Positions 1 to 7,355 of a DNA stretch of 64,000 nt are shown here, piece after piece. The number at the start of each line of letters is the position of its first letter. Position 1 is the stretch's first letter. Where the stretch lies: the IMG/VR virus record IMGVR_UViG_3300021400_000072; one strand, given 5' to 3'. A program made the position numbers and the translations under genes. The notes under the pieces are model-generated. The model saw only the letters and a list, made by a program, of their open reading frames with translations. It was not told the origin of the DNA and did not search any database. The DNA is from a virus.

Positions 1-73
1 GCTCAGAACTAGACTTGAACTAGTAACGCGAGGATCTTCAGTCCTCCGCTCTACCCATTAAAACTATCTGAGC
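1..73 (-). tRNA. tRNA-Phe(GAA); 3' end at window edge
   Basis: Minus-sense cloverleaf: acceptor GCTCAGA/TCTGAGC, anticodon arm GAGGA-CTGAAGA-TCCTC, T-arm ACTAG-TTCAAGT-CTAGT. Confidence 0.7.
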
Positions 74-151
74 ATAACAAGACATATAATTTGTAAATAA
101 TGACTGTTTTTCAGACAGTTGTCTTAACCATTTGACTACATAAGCTAACGT

Positions 152-286
152 GCTTGTGACAGGATTCGAACCTGTAAACTTACAAAAGTAAGAAATTGCT
201 GTATATGTCTTTCATTTTATATTTATGTTGTGGATTCTTGATTTTATTTGATGTTGGTGCCTTATTCGCCTAAATCCACATAAGCC
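152..286 (-). ncRNA. tRNA-like element (T-arm ACAGG-TTCGAAT-CCTGT plus CTTAC-TTTT-GTAAG tetraloop hairpin); 5' end unresolved
   Basis: Canonical T-arm and 3' acceptor-like strand CACAAGC, but no canonical D or anticodon arm. Best 5' partner GCTTATG (280-286) leaves one mismatch and implies a ~60-nt insertion. Confidence 0.3.
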
Positions 287-291
287 AACAG

Positions 292-373
292 TAATTCTGG
301 TGGGATTCGAACCCACATGCCTTCTGACCACAGGGTTTGAGCCTGTTGCGTATACCAATTCCGCCACAGAATT
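292..373 (-). tRNA. tRNA-Leu(CAA), type II
   Basis: Acceptor AATTCTG/CAGAATT, anticodon stem ACAGG/CCTGT with loop CTCAAAC, 13-nt variable arm, T-arm GTGGG-TTCGAAT-CCCAC. Confidence 0.75.
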
Positions 374-401
374 ATATCCTGCTTACGCAGGAATTAAGAA
401 G

Positions 402-792
402 TAGAAGCGAAGGGATTCGAACCCTCAATCCTTGCGGTAACGGATTTTCTTACTACTCTATGTCACCATAGCCATCTTAAAGATGTTGTAGTCTGGACTA
501 TGTCTTTGCCATATTATTTCTAACTTAGGCAGATGGTATATAGTCTCTACACATTTATAAATAAAAAGGCTGTTTATCAAAATCCATTTAACTACAGCGT
601 TATACGAACTCGCCACTATCAAATTGGCTTCCTCAGTCTGTCGTAGCACCCTTTTATTTAATTTAGCTCGGCGTTCTCTTAGCTATTCGCCGAATTAGCC
701 ATCTCCACTTATATCATTTCTGATATAAGGCTCTCCTTTTATGTTTACTAAGAAAAAAGTCCGTCGTGTATACCAGTTCCACCACGCTTCCA
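402..792 (-). tRNA. tRNA-Leu(UAA) interrupted by a ~310-nt group I-like intron in the anticodon loop
   Basis: 5' exon GGAAGCG..ACGGA-CTT (785-757), 3' exon AAAA-TCCGT + long variable arm + T-arm GAGGG-TTCGAAT-CCCTT + CGCTTCT (441-402). The acceptor pairs with two wobbles. Spliced loop CTTAAAA gives anticodon UAA. Intron lies between U34 and A35, ends in G, and has P7-like AGACTA...TAGTC. Confidence 0.6.
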
Positions 793-885
793 TATAAATT
801 TAAACGGTTGTAAAGATAAAAATTTATTATTTTTCTATTTTAACAGGGAAAAATAATAAAAGCCTGCCTAACAACTTAATAATGA

Positions 886-1254
886 TTACTGCTCACGAGA
901 AGCAATAAACGCATCATACTCGTCCTTGAAGCACCAAGCAAATCCATAAGCCTTATGGGTCTTAGTTCTTCCATTCAAAGCATCACCGATGCCTGACTTG
1001 CCTTCTTGTCCAATTGCGGCAAGTGCTTCCTTCTGTGTTGCAAACTCTGCAATAACTGCATAAGTTTCGGGGTCAAGCTGAAGAACACCTGACTTATTCG
1101 GACTCTTACGCTTACGAGCGGCGGCCGCCTCATCTTCCTCAACACGAGCAAGTGCTTCTCTCAAGGTATCCAGAAGCTGCTCTCTGATACCTTCATTTAC
1201 ATCTGTTGCATTTTCAAAATAGAAAATCAAACCTTCAATCTGTTTCTTATCCAT
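886..1254 (-). CDS. hypothetical protein (122 aa)
   Basis: ORF with RBS AAAGGAG upstream of the ATG; minus-strand promoter TTGACA-N17-TATAAT at 1281-1325. Confidence 0.7.
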   Translation of the reverse strand: MDKKQIEGLIFYFENATDVNEGIREQLLDTLREALARVEEDEAAAARKRKSPNKSGVLQLDPETYAVIAEFATQKEALAAIGQEGKSGIGDALNGRTKTHKAYGFAWCFKDEYDAFIASREQ

Positions 1255-1280
1255 ATTTACTCCTTTTTACTCTTGTTTTT

Positions 1281-1325
1281 TAATTTCTATAAATATATTA
1301 TACTAAAAATTTTTTATTTTGTCAA
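1281..1325 (-). promoter_or_regulatory. sigma70-type promoter (TTGACA-N17-TATAAT) for gene 886..1254
   Basis: Minus-sense TTGACAaaataaaaaatttttagTATAAT. Confidence 0.6.
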
Positions 1326-1969
1326 CAATTGAATAACTTAATTATATCTATGAATAACACCCCTTCGGGTTGCTGGCAATAACCTTCTCTTATATTCGAC
1401 CACCAAGGAGACATACCTGAGCGGTTAGGAGCGACCTAAACGCTATATGCCCCATCTGTCTAAGACAGACAAATCTTGTAGAGGATTTTGCATACCTCTA
1501 ACTTTCAGCTACCTTTCAGAAAAGTATAAATAAGATTTACCATATCTTGTTTATCCAAATTTGTCTACGCACTTTTAGCCTACTCGTACCTTGACCCAAT
1601 CTTATACACGACTTCCGTCGCTTCATGTGCGCTAACCCCTTATGGAAATTCCAAGGTTTGCAAAGTTTTCCACGCTTCACCTAACTTGGATTAGTGCTCT
1701 CGTTAAAGAACCCTATATTATGGAGCCGATTGGAACAGTGTCTTTAAAAGCGATTACCCCAGTGCTATTGACTAAACCATTTCTTTAGACCTGGCGTTTT
1801 ATACGTCACCGCATAAAAACTTTTCTCCTAAGAAAGTATCCTTTCTTATTCTGGTTATTCGTAAAGCCAATACCTCAGCGTCATGGAATTGACGTTTATC
1901 ACTGAGTTGCTTCATAAATATAACTAAATTATTCAATTGTCAATGTTCTTTTGTTGGTAATCCAACGAA

Positions 1970-2042
1970 GGTCTTAGGTAAGGAATCGAACCTTACTTAT
2001 TCATCTCTTTTGAGAATCACATTACCTATATGTTACTAAGAC
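1970..2042 (-). ncRNA. tRNA-like gene with atypical anticodon arm (TCTC-AAAA-GAGA tetraloop)
   Basis: Perfect acceptor GTCTTAG/CTAAGAC, D-arm ACAT-ATAGGTA-ATGT, T-arm GTAAGG-TTCGATT-CCTTAC; 73 nt with no 7-nt anticodon loop. Confidence 0.45.
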
Positions 2043-2253
2043 GCCTATCTATGTATATCATCAGAAAGGAAGTGAATATAAAAAGGGATAAACCCATTTA
2101 TAACAATGCAAAGGGGAGTAGCGTGTAGCACTATCATCTAATGTTCTCCCTAGTTTTTGTTTTGGAATTTCGCCAAAAGGACTTATTTGATATATTGGAA
2201 AGTGCTTAATCTCGTAATCCATCACAGGGCTTATATGGTAGCCTGAACCTCGT

Positions 2254-2325
2254 AGCGGAGGTGGGATTCGAACCCACGTGATACGGCGTATGAGACCGCG
2301 CTGGTACCTCTCCAGTCCACTCCGC
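2254..2325 (-). tRNA. tRNA-Met(CAT) (Met, fMet or Ile2 type not distinguishable)
   Basis: Anticodon stem GCGGT/GCCGT with loop CTCATAC; T-arm GTGGG-TTCGAAT-CCCAC; acceptor GCGGAGT/CCTCCGC with a U-C mismatch at 7-66. Confidence 0.55.
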
Positions 2326-2418
2326 AATATTAATCAAGACAGTTTAAAATATAGCCTATTTAATCCCAAATTTAAATGCTTGTATTTTTTCTTTTGTTGC
2401 TGTTTCTGTCTTTCACTT

Positions 2419-2457
2419 TCTATAAATATTATAACAAAAAATTTTTTAAAAATCAAA
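2419..2457 (-). promoter_or_regulatory. conserved promoter repeat TTGATT-N17-TTATAAT upstream of tRNA-Met
   Basis: Plus strand ctataaatattataacaaaaaattttttaaaaatcaaat; its reverse complement is a sigma70-like -35/-10. Confidence 0.55.
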
Positions 2458-2649
2458 TACGGTATATGCATCTACCGTATTGGTCTATGAGGGCTACCAC
2501 TCCGCTTGCTATATCGTTTTTATCCTTCAGCTAGTTCTAGGGGCCAAGACATTTGTTCTCTTTTTGCAACAATAGCTTTCCGAACCTTAAAAAGTCAACC
2601 TACTTATATTAATATCATTGCCTAAGGTTATATTAATACTTTCAGTAAA

Positions 2650-2706
2650 TGCTCTATGTAGGAGTCGAACCTACACTCACAAAAGTAAGTTCCATCATAA
2701 TAGAGC
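2650..2706 (-). ncRNA. 57-nt tRNA-like mini-element (acceptor + T-arm + tetraloop hairpin, no D or anticodon arm)
   Basis: GCTCTAT / TATGATGGAA / CTTAC-TTTT-GTGAG / T / GTAGG-TTCGACT-CCTAC / ATAGAGC. Confidence 0.45.
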
Positions 2707-2785
2707 AGTCTCCTTTTATCTCTCTTATATTTTAAAAGAGCCAAAAAATAATGCTCTGAAAAGAGGAAAGATGATACGTATCAAG

Positions 2786-2859
2786 TAGCCCCTGGGGGAA
2801 TTGAACCCACCATCTTGACCTTGAAAGGGTCATATCCTGTCCTTTTAGAAGAAGGAGCC
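2786..2859 (-). tRNA. tRNA-Glu(TTC)
   Basis: Anticodon stem TGACC/GGTCA with loop CTTTCAA; T-arm GTGGG-TTCAATT-CCCCC; acceptor GGCTCCT/AGGGGCT with two G-U pairs. Confidence 0.55.
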
Positions 2860-2868
2860 ATATTTCTT

Positions 2869-2912
2869 TCACTTTCTATAAATATTATAATAAAAATTTT
2901 TTAAAAATGCAA
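2869..2912 (-). promoter_or_regulatory. promoter repeat TTGCAT-N17-TTATAAT
   Basis: ctataaatattataataaaaattttttaaaaatgcaaat. Confidence 0.55.
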
Positions 2913-3311
2913 ATAAAAATGGGAACTTATATTAACACTGTATCCCCTGATAGGTTTGCGCTAGCCTTATCTTACAGCGGGTTTTCCTAAGTCCAGTTTT
3001 CCTTGTCATTCCCATGCATTTATATACCGAGCGAGAACAGACGCGGTTATTGCGGCAATAAAAATTTTTTAAAAATGCAAACTTTTATCTTTATAACGTA
3101 TGACACTGCACCTAAAGTCATATTGACATACTTTATGTTAGGATTCTAAAAAATTTAGTATACATTAATTAATTAGCTATGGACGCATGTTTTCCTACCC
3201 TATTATAAAGATAAGTTGCGGGCTGGCGCCTTGCCCTAAACGGTTTTACGACCTCACCGTCTTAACGTCTACGTTTTGTCCATCAGGAGCGACCTGCTTT
3301 GCAGTAGCCAA

Positions 3312-3392
3312 TAGGGGACACGGGATTCGAACCCGCACGCACAAGGCACTAGATCCTAAGTCTAGGGTGGCTACCAGTTACACCAATCCCCC
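3312..3392 (-). tRNA. tRNA-Leu(TAG), type II
   Basis: Anticodon stem CTAGA/TCTAG with loop CTTAGGA; long variable arm; T-arm GCGGG-TTCGAAT-CCCGT; acceptor GGGGGAT/GTCCCCT. Confidence 0.65.
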
Positions 3393-3791
3393 ATATAAGA
3401 TAGATGCTTGCCAACGCTTTAGCCCCAGCTCGGGTATCTATCATACCCTACTCCCACAAACTTGGGATGCAGTAAGAGTTTCACCTGTATAACTCTGTAA
3501 AGATACTGTATCTTCTACGGCGTACAGTTCACTCACATTACCGGATTCTTTTAATCACTCCTAAAGAATCTAACTGGCTACATTTTAGCAGCTTAGATTT
3601 ACATTGGCGGAAGGTAAATCAACTTCCTCTTTTACTCAAATTTTGAAAATTTGAGATAGGTTGATCCTACACCTAAAGGACTTTTTCCAGTAACACCCCA
3701 AAAAGCAAAGCGGCTATCCTATCAACAGCTTAGATTTACACATTCAACCGAGTAGATTTACATATTAATAGGAAGGTAAATCAACTTCCTA

Positions 3792-3864
3792 ACGACCTAG
3801 TGGGGAATTGAACCCCAGTCTCTCGGGCGACAACCGAGTGTAATTACCTTTATACGACAAGGCC
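3792..3864 (-). tRNA. tRNA-Asp(GTC)
   Basis: Anticodon stem CTCGG/CCGAG with loop TTGTCGC; T-arm TGGGG-TTCAATT-CCCCA; acceptor has one mismatch. Confidence 0.55.
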
Positions 3865-4049
3865 AAACATTAAATAGCTTAGTCCATTTCTTAGGCTCCC
3901 TTCTCACTATAGCCTGAATTCCACAGGTCATGACTCCTGTTATTCTAGGTAGTTCACTATGGTCTCGCTCTCCCGACCGCCGTGATTTGGTGGACTCTCT
4001 TGATGTTTATGCGCACTATTAAATCAAGTCACCATTGCTATTTATGTAG

Positions 4050-4122
4050 CGGCCCCAGAAGGGTTCGAACCTTCGACATAACGGTTAACAGCCGTTCGCT
4101 CTGCCAACTGAGCTATAGGGCC
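4050..4122 (-). tRNA. tRNA-Asn(GTT)
   Basis: GGCCCTA-TA-GCTC-AGTTGGCA-GAGC-G-AACGG-CTGTTAA-CCGTT-ATGTC-GAAGG-TTCGAAC-CCTTC-TGGGGCC-G; clean cloverleaf. Confidence 0.85.
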
Positions 4123-4224
4123 AAATATGAGGGTTACTTTGCGTCTTTATATACCGTTTTCCACTAAAGCCACATATCTTATGCCGGTGGTAGTTTACCC
4201 TCAAAATCCATGATAACGGTTTAA

Positions 4225-4299
4225 TCATCCCTACAGGCTTTGAACCTGTGTTTCAAAATTGAGAATTTTGTGTCCTGAACCGAACTAGACGAAGGGACG
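4225..4299 (-). tRNA. tRNA-Glu(CTC)
   Basis: Anticodon stem CAAAA/TTTTG with loop TTCTCAA; T-arm ACAGG-TTCAAAG-CCTGT; acceptor CGTCCCT/AGGGATG. Confidence 0.6.
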
Positions 4300-4377
4300 A
4301 CAGTGCTTTTTCTGGCGTCACACTTTCCGCCTTGAGCCTGAGAACTTTTTAAAGGGAGTTTCTGAACTCATGCCGTT

Positions 4378-4557
4378 TTAACCCTCGTCCGCACGGACAT
4401 AATTTTCTGTTACTTCATAATGAAATCCAATCCAACCAAATCTATCTTCCAAAAATCTCACAGCAGAGAAGCCTTCAACAAACGTAATATGCTTCTGATT
4501 TACATCGTCAAGATACTCAACCATGTAGATAACAGCAGTTCTCTCATTCTTTCTCAT
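4378..4557 (-). CDS. small hypothetical protein (59 aa)
   Basis: ATG at 4557 with RBS AGGGGG 8 nt upstream; TAA at 4378; promoter repeat at 4612-4652 immediately upstream. Confidence 0.5.
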   Translation of the reverse strand: MRKNERTAVIYMVEYLDDVNQKHITFVEGFSAVRFLEDRFGWIGFHYEVTENYVRADEG

Positions 4558-4611
4558 AATAAAGACCCCCTGAAATGATATTTTTTAGTTTGTTTTTGTT
4601 TCTTTTTCTTA

Positions 4612-4652
4612 CGATATAAATATTATAACAAAAAATTTTTAAAAATTCAAAT
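4612..4652 (-). promoter_or_regulatory. promoter repeat TTGAAT-N17-TTATAAT
   Basis: acgatataaatattataacaaaaaatttttaaaaattcaaat. Confidence 0.55.
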
Positions 4653-4782
4653 AATATGCAGTGTGCTGTTACGCCAAAGGGAAGTCAGCCCTTACCAGTT
4701 ACGGGGTGGCCTTCTACTTCTATCATACGATAGTCCCACTCTTTAAAAGATGGATGCTTTTAATCCCACTTTCTACATATAA

Positions 4783-4853
4783 AGCCCCTCCCCGGATTTG
4801 AACCGAGATACAGTGATTACAAATCACTAGTGTTACCGTTACACCAAAGGGGC
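4783..4853 (-). tRNA. tRNA-Thr(TGT)
   Basis: D-stem GTGT/ACAC; anticodon stem AGTGA/TCACT with loop TTTGTAA; T-arm CTCGG-TTCAAAT-CCGGG; acceptor GCCCCTT/GAGGGGC. Confidence 0.7.
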
Positions 4854-5029
4854 ACGCGTACCGCCGCAGTGATTATAGAGATGCTTCGCGGTTTTCCTGG
4901 GTTTCATTCTCTTTTTTGTTAATTAACTTTATAAGCTATAGGTTGCTACCCCAGTCTAACGATGACCGACGACCTGTGAATTAAAGGTTTTAACAGGTTT
5001 TACTTACCTAATTATGCTACGAAAGCATA

Positions 5030-5103
5030 TGGACCACTAGGGATTTGAACCCTAATCTGACAGATTAAGAGTCTGCTATGTTAACCGTTAACACCAGTAA
5101 TCC
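5030..5103 (-). tRNA. tRNA-Lys(CTT)
   Basis: Anticodon stem GCAGA/TCTGT with loop CTCTTAA; T-arm TAGGG-TTCAAAT-CCCTA; acceptor GGATTAC/GTGGTCC with two G-U pairs. Confidence 0.55.
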
Positions 5104-5213
5104 AGGCTTATACAGCTACATACCTACTATATCAGGACATTACTCTGATTTTCTAAGTTTTTCTTAGTATGTTATGATTTTACATTATATAGTGTTATGG
5201 ACCCTGTATAACG

Positions 5214-5285
5214 TGCGTCCGGTGGGAGTTGAACCCACGATATACAGGTTAAAAGCCTGTTGCCATACCGCTTGGCTACGGACGC
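5214..5285 (-). tRNA. tRNA-Lys(TTT)
   Basis: GCGTCCG-TA-GCCA-AGCGGTA-TGGC-A-ACAGG-CTTTTAA-CCTGT-ATATC-GTGGG-TTCAACT-CCCAC-CGGACGC-A. Confidence 0.85.
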
Positions 5286-5346
5286 TTATTAAATTTTTAT
5301 AAATGCCCGTAGGCTTGCGTTTTCGTTTCATTTTTTATTCCCTCAC

Positions 5347-5392
5347 TTTGTATAAATATTATAACAAAAATTTTTTAAAAATTCAAATAAAA
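5347..5392 (-). promoter_or_regulatory. promoter repeat TTGAAT-N17-TTATAAT
   Basis: gtataaatattataacaaaaattttttaaaaattcaaat. Confidence 0.55.
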
Positions 5393-5508
5393 TTTGAAGG
5401 GTTGCATCGAAGATTCTTAGGTAGTCTTACAACGGATTGATTACCGACGCCCATGACGTGTCTCTCGTCCGTGTCCCATTTTTATTCTCTTCACAAATCT
5501 TATTTGAG

Positions 5509-5580
5509 AGCAGACAATGGGAATCGAACCCACATTTTTAGCTTGGCAAGCTAACATATTAACCGTTATATTATGCCTGC
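5509..5580 (-). tRNA. tRNA-Gly(GCC)
   Basis: Anticodon stem TTAGC/GCTAA with loop TTGCCAA; T-arm GTGGG-TTCGATT-CCCAT; acceptor GCAGGCA/TGTCTGC. Confidence 0.7.
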
Positions 5581-5810
5581 TTGAACTAGGATATATGGCC
5601 AACTTACCTAGATATATTTTAGCACCTTACCAGGCCGCCCTCATTTTAGTTACCATAAGCAATTGGCCGCGTGCTCACCAAGCCGCCGGATTGGGTTAAG
5701 TACCCAATAACTCCTTATTTTTCTTTCGTGAAATAAAGCAACCCGACTACGTTCTTTAACCTCTCGTAATAAAGAAGACCACCTCTTTCTAGCATCCTGT
5801 GGTCAGGGAC

Positions 5811-5882
5811 AGCCCCATGTGGGAATCGAACCCACCTATCTAGCTTGGAAGGCTAGCATTTTAGCCGATAAATCAATGGGAC
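5811..5882 (-). tRNA. tRNA-Gly(TCC)
   Basis: Anticodon stem CTAGC/GCTAG with loop CTTCCAA; D-stem ATTT/AAAT; T-arm GTGGG-TTCGATT-CCCAC; acceptor GTCCCAT/ATGGGGC. Confidence 0.7.
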
Positions 5883-5887
5883 AGATA

Positions 5888-5950
5888 TAAAAACTATTAA
5901 AGGTACGCTTTATGGGTGGAAGCGGCGCGTACTTGATTTTAATAGTTTTT
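5888..5950 (-). other. long leader hairpin between promoter 5953-5995 and tRNA-Gly(TCC)
   Basis: AAAACTATTAAA...TTTAATAGTTTT outer stem with inner GTACGC/GCGTAC stem. Confidence 0.4.
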
Positions 5951-5952
5951 AT

Positions 5953-5995
5953 TTGTTATGATAATATTATATCAAAAATTTTTGAATATTTCAAA
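5953..5995 (-). promoter_or_regulatory. promoter TTGAAA-N17-TATAAT
   Basis: Minus-sense TTGAAAtattcaaaaatttttgaTATAAT. Confidence 0.5.
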
Positions 5996-6008
5996 TTATT
6001 TTTGACCT

Positions 6009-6308
6009 TTATTTAGAAAAATAATATCTTCGCCAATACTTATAAAAATCTTTTAATGTAGGATAATCTTCTTGCCAAACAATACCATACATATTAGGAT
6101 GAAAATATTCAAATTTAGCATCTTTCCATGTCCATCTACTAATATAGTCATGTATATGCTATGTTTCAAAGACTTTTTTATAAGCATTTCCATTAGGAAG
6201 AATAATTTTACTACGTCTTATTCTTTTATTTGCTTGTCTTTTGTTTCGTTTAGGAATAGGCGTACGCCCATCTGTATAAACAGGATTCTTTTTATATGAA
6301 CGTGACAT
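6009..6308 (-). CDS. basic hypothetical protein (~99 aa) with one in-frame TAG
   Basis: ATG at 6308 with RBS AAAGGAG; ORF runs to TAA at 6009 through one TAG (absent from the ORF track for that reason). Likely cotranscribed with tRNA-Ile and the tRNA-Gln-like gene. Confidence 0.45.
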
Positions 6309-6323
6309 ATTTTTCTCCTTTGA

Positions 6324-6395
6324 TTGCGAGGGTAGGATTCGAACCTACAATCACCGGGTCAAAAACCGGCCGCTTTACCGTTAGCGTACCTCGCT
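6324..6395 (-). tRNA. tRNA-Gln(TTG)-like with 8-nt anticodon loop (TTTTTGAC) and unpaired A1:A72
   Basis: D-arm CGCT-AACGGTAA-AGCG; anticodon stem (G)CCGG/CCGG(T) enclosing 8 nt; T-arm GTAGG-TTCGAAT-CCTAC. Arm sequences resemble E. coli tRNA-Gln1 except for the loss of the position-39 nucleotide. Confidence 0.45.
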
Positions 6396-6517
6396 TACTT
6401 ATCATACCTTTTTATCTGTCTGAGAGTAGCTACCTCTCCCCATCTACTTACCACAATCCTTGATAATATTCTTTGATAAGCATAATACATGTTATATGAC
6501 GTCATTTTATGTATTAG

Positions 6518-6591
6518 TAGGGGACCTGGGACTCGAACCCAGGACACGCACCTTATAAGGATGCTGCTCTCACCTACTGAGCTAGTCCCCT
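6518..6591 (-). tRNA. tRNA-Ile(TAT)
   Basis: AGGGGAC-TA-GCTC-AGTAGGTGA-GAGC-A-GCATC-CTTATAA-GGTGC-GTGTC-CTGGG-TTCGAGT-CCCAG-GTCCCCT-A. Confidence 0.8.
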
Positions 6592-6616
6592 AAACGGGAT
6601 ATTTTTTATCCCTTAA

Positions 6617-6660
6617 CTTTATAATAATATTATAACAAAAAATTTTTAAAAATGCAAATT
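6617..6660 (-). promoter_or_regulatory. promoter repeat TTGCAT-N17-TTATAAT (for tRNA-Ile operon)
   Basis: tataataatattataacaaaaaatttttaaaaatgcaaat. Confidence 0.55.
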
Positions 6661-6665
6661 AATTT

Positions 6666-6953
6666 TTAACAAATCATAAATTTTCTATTGCGGGCTTCCC
6701 GATTAATCCATAACGTAAATCTATGACAATCGTTATAACTCCATTTCCACAAGAGTAGATTAGAATCTTTAAAATAATGAAAATCAAAAGCATGATAATC
6801 ATTTTTAAGTATTATTATATAATCAGTTAAACTGATATTAAGCATACGTGCGGGAAGCCACCAATAATTGCTACCGTGAGCCAAATCAGAAACATCTCCA
6901 GAATACCATTTTCCATTAGATTCCCACTCAGTATATTTCATAATATGGCTCAT
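6666..6953 (-). CDS. hypothetical protein (95 aa)
   Basis: ORF in a compact minus-strand series. Confidence 0.5.
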   Translation of the reverse strand: MSHIMKYTEWESNGKWYSGDVSDLAHGSNYWWLPARMLNISLTDYIIILKNDYHAFDFHYFKDSNLLLWKWSYNDCHRFTLWINREARNRKFMIC

Positions 6954-6962
6954 AATAACTCC

Positions 6963-7274
6963 TTATAGATTTAGGGCGGCAATTAAATCTGCAACATTCT
7001 GCTTCTCTTCTTCAGTTACTTCCGCAGGATTAACAGTTCTTTCTGTCGGGGTACCGAAAGCTGATGGAGCGGCCGCAGGTCCAAAAGCACTCTTTAATTC
7101 ACCTGAACCCATATTAGATTTTGCCGCAGTCAAAGTAACTTTAATTTCTACAACTCCACTACCTTCACTCATCGGAATACGAAGAATTTTACCTTCATCT
7201 TCCCAAAAAGCATCGGGATAAACACGTTTCAATTCCGCAAAAATTAAATTCTTACTCTCTGTGCCTTTTGCCAT
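6963..7274 (-). CDS. hypothetical protein (103 aa)
   Basis: ORF with RBS AAAGGAG; promoter-like TTGAAA..TATAAA at 7283-7330. Confidence 0.6.
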   Translation of the reverse strand: MAKGTESKNLIFAELKRVYPDAFWEDEGKILRIPMSEGSGVVEIKVTLTAAKSNMGSGELKSAFGPAAAPSAFGTPTERTVNPAEVTEEEKQNVADLIAALNL

Positions 7275-7355
7275 TTCATTTCTCCTTTATTTTATAAATA
7301 TATTTTACTAAAAATTTTCAATTTTTTCAAATCGGATATTTTTTTGATTTAATGA

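Noticed and set aside
458-649. 63-aa minus-strand ORF from the six-frame track
   Set aside because: Lies entirely inside the group I-like intron of tRNA-Leu(UAA); no RBS; likely a chance ORF.
402-792. tmRNA candidate
   Set aside because: tRNA-like ends about 390 nt apart initially suggested tmRNA. The 5' half has a normal D-arm and anticodon stem, the loop reconstitutes to CTTAAAA, and no tag ORF ending in AA-stop was found, so an intron-containing tRNA-Leu fits better.
2061-2490. ORFs 2061..2327(-) and 2278..2490(+)
   Set aside because: They overlap tRNA-Met and the promoter repeat; odd-composition translations of structured RNA or promoter DNA.
3187-3492. 101-aa plus-strand ORF
   Set aside because: Antisense to tRNA-Leu(TAG) and surrounding non-coding sequence.
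3982-4167. 61-aa plus-strand ORF
   Set aside because: Antisense to tRNA-Asn(GTT).
5517-5699. 60-aa plus-strand ORF
   Set aside because: Antisense to tRNA-Gly(GCC).
6072-6299. 75-aa plus-strand ORF
   Set aside because: Antisense to the better-supported minus-strand gene 6009..6308 (RBS + ATG, TAG-recoded).
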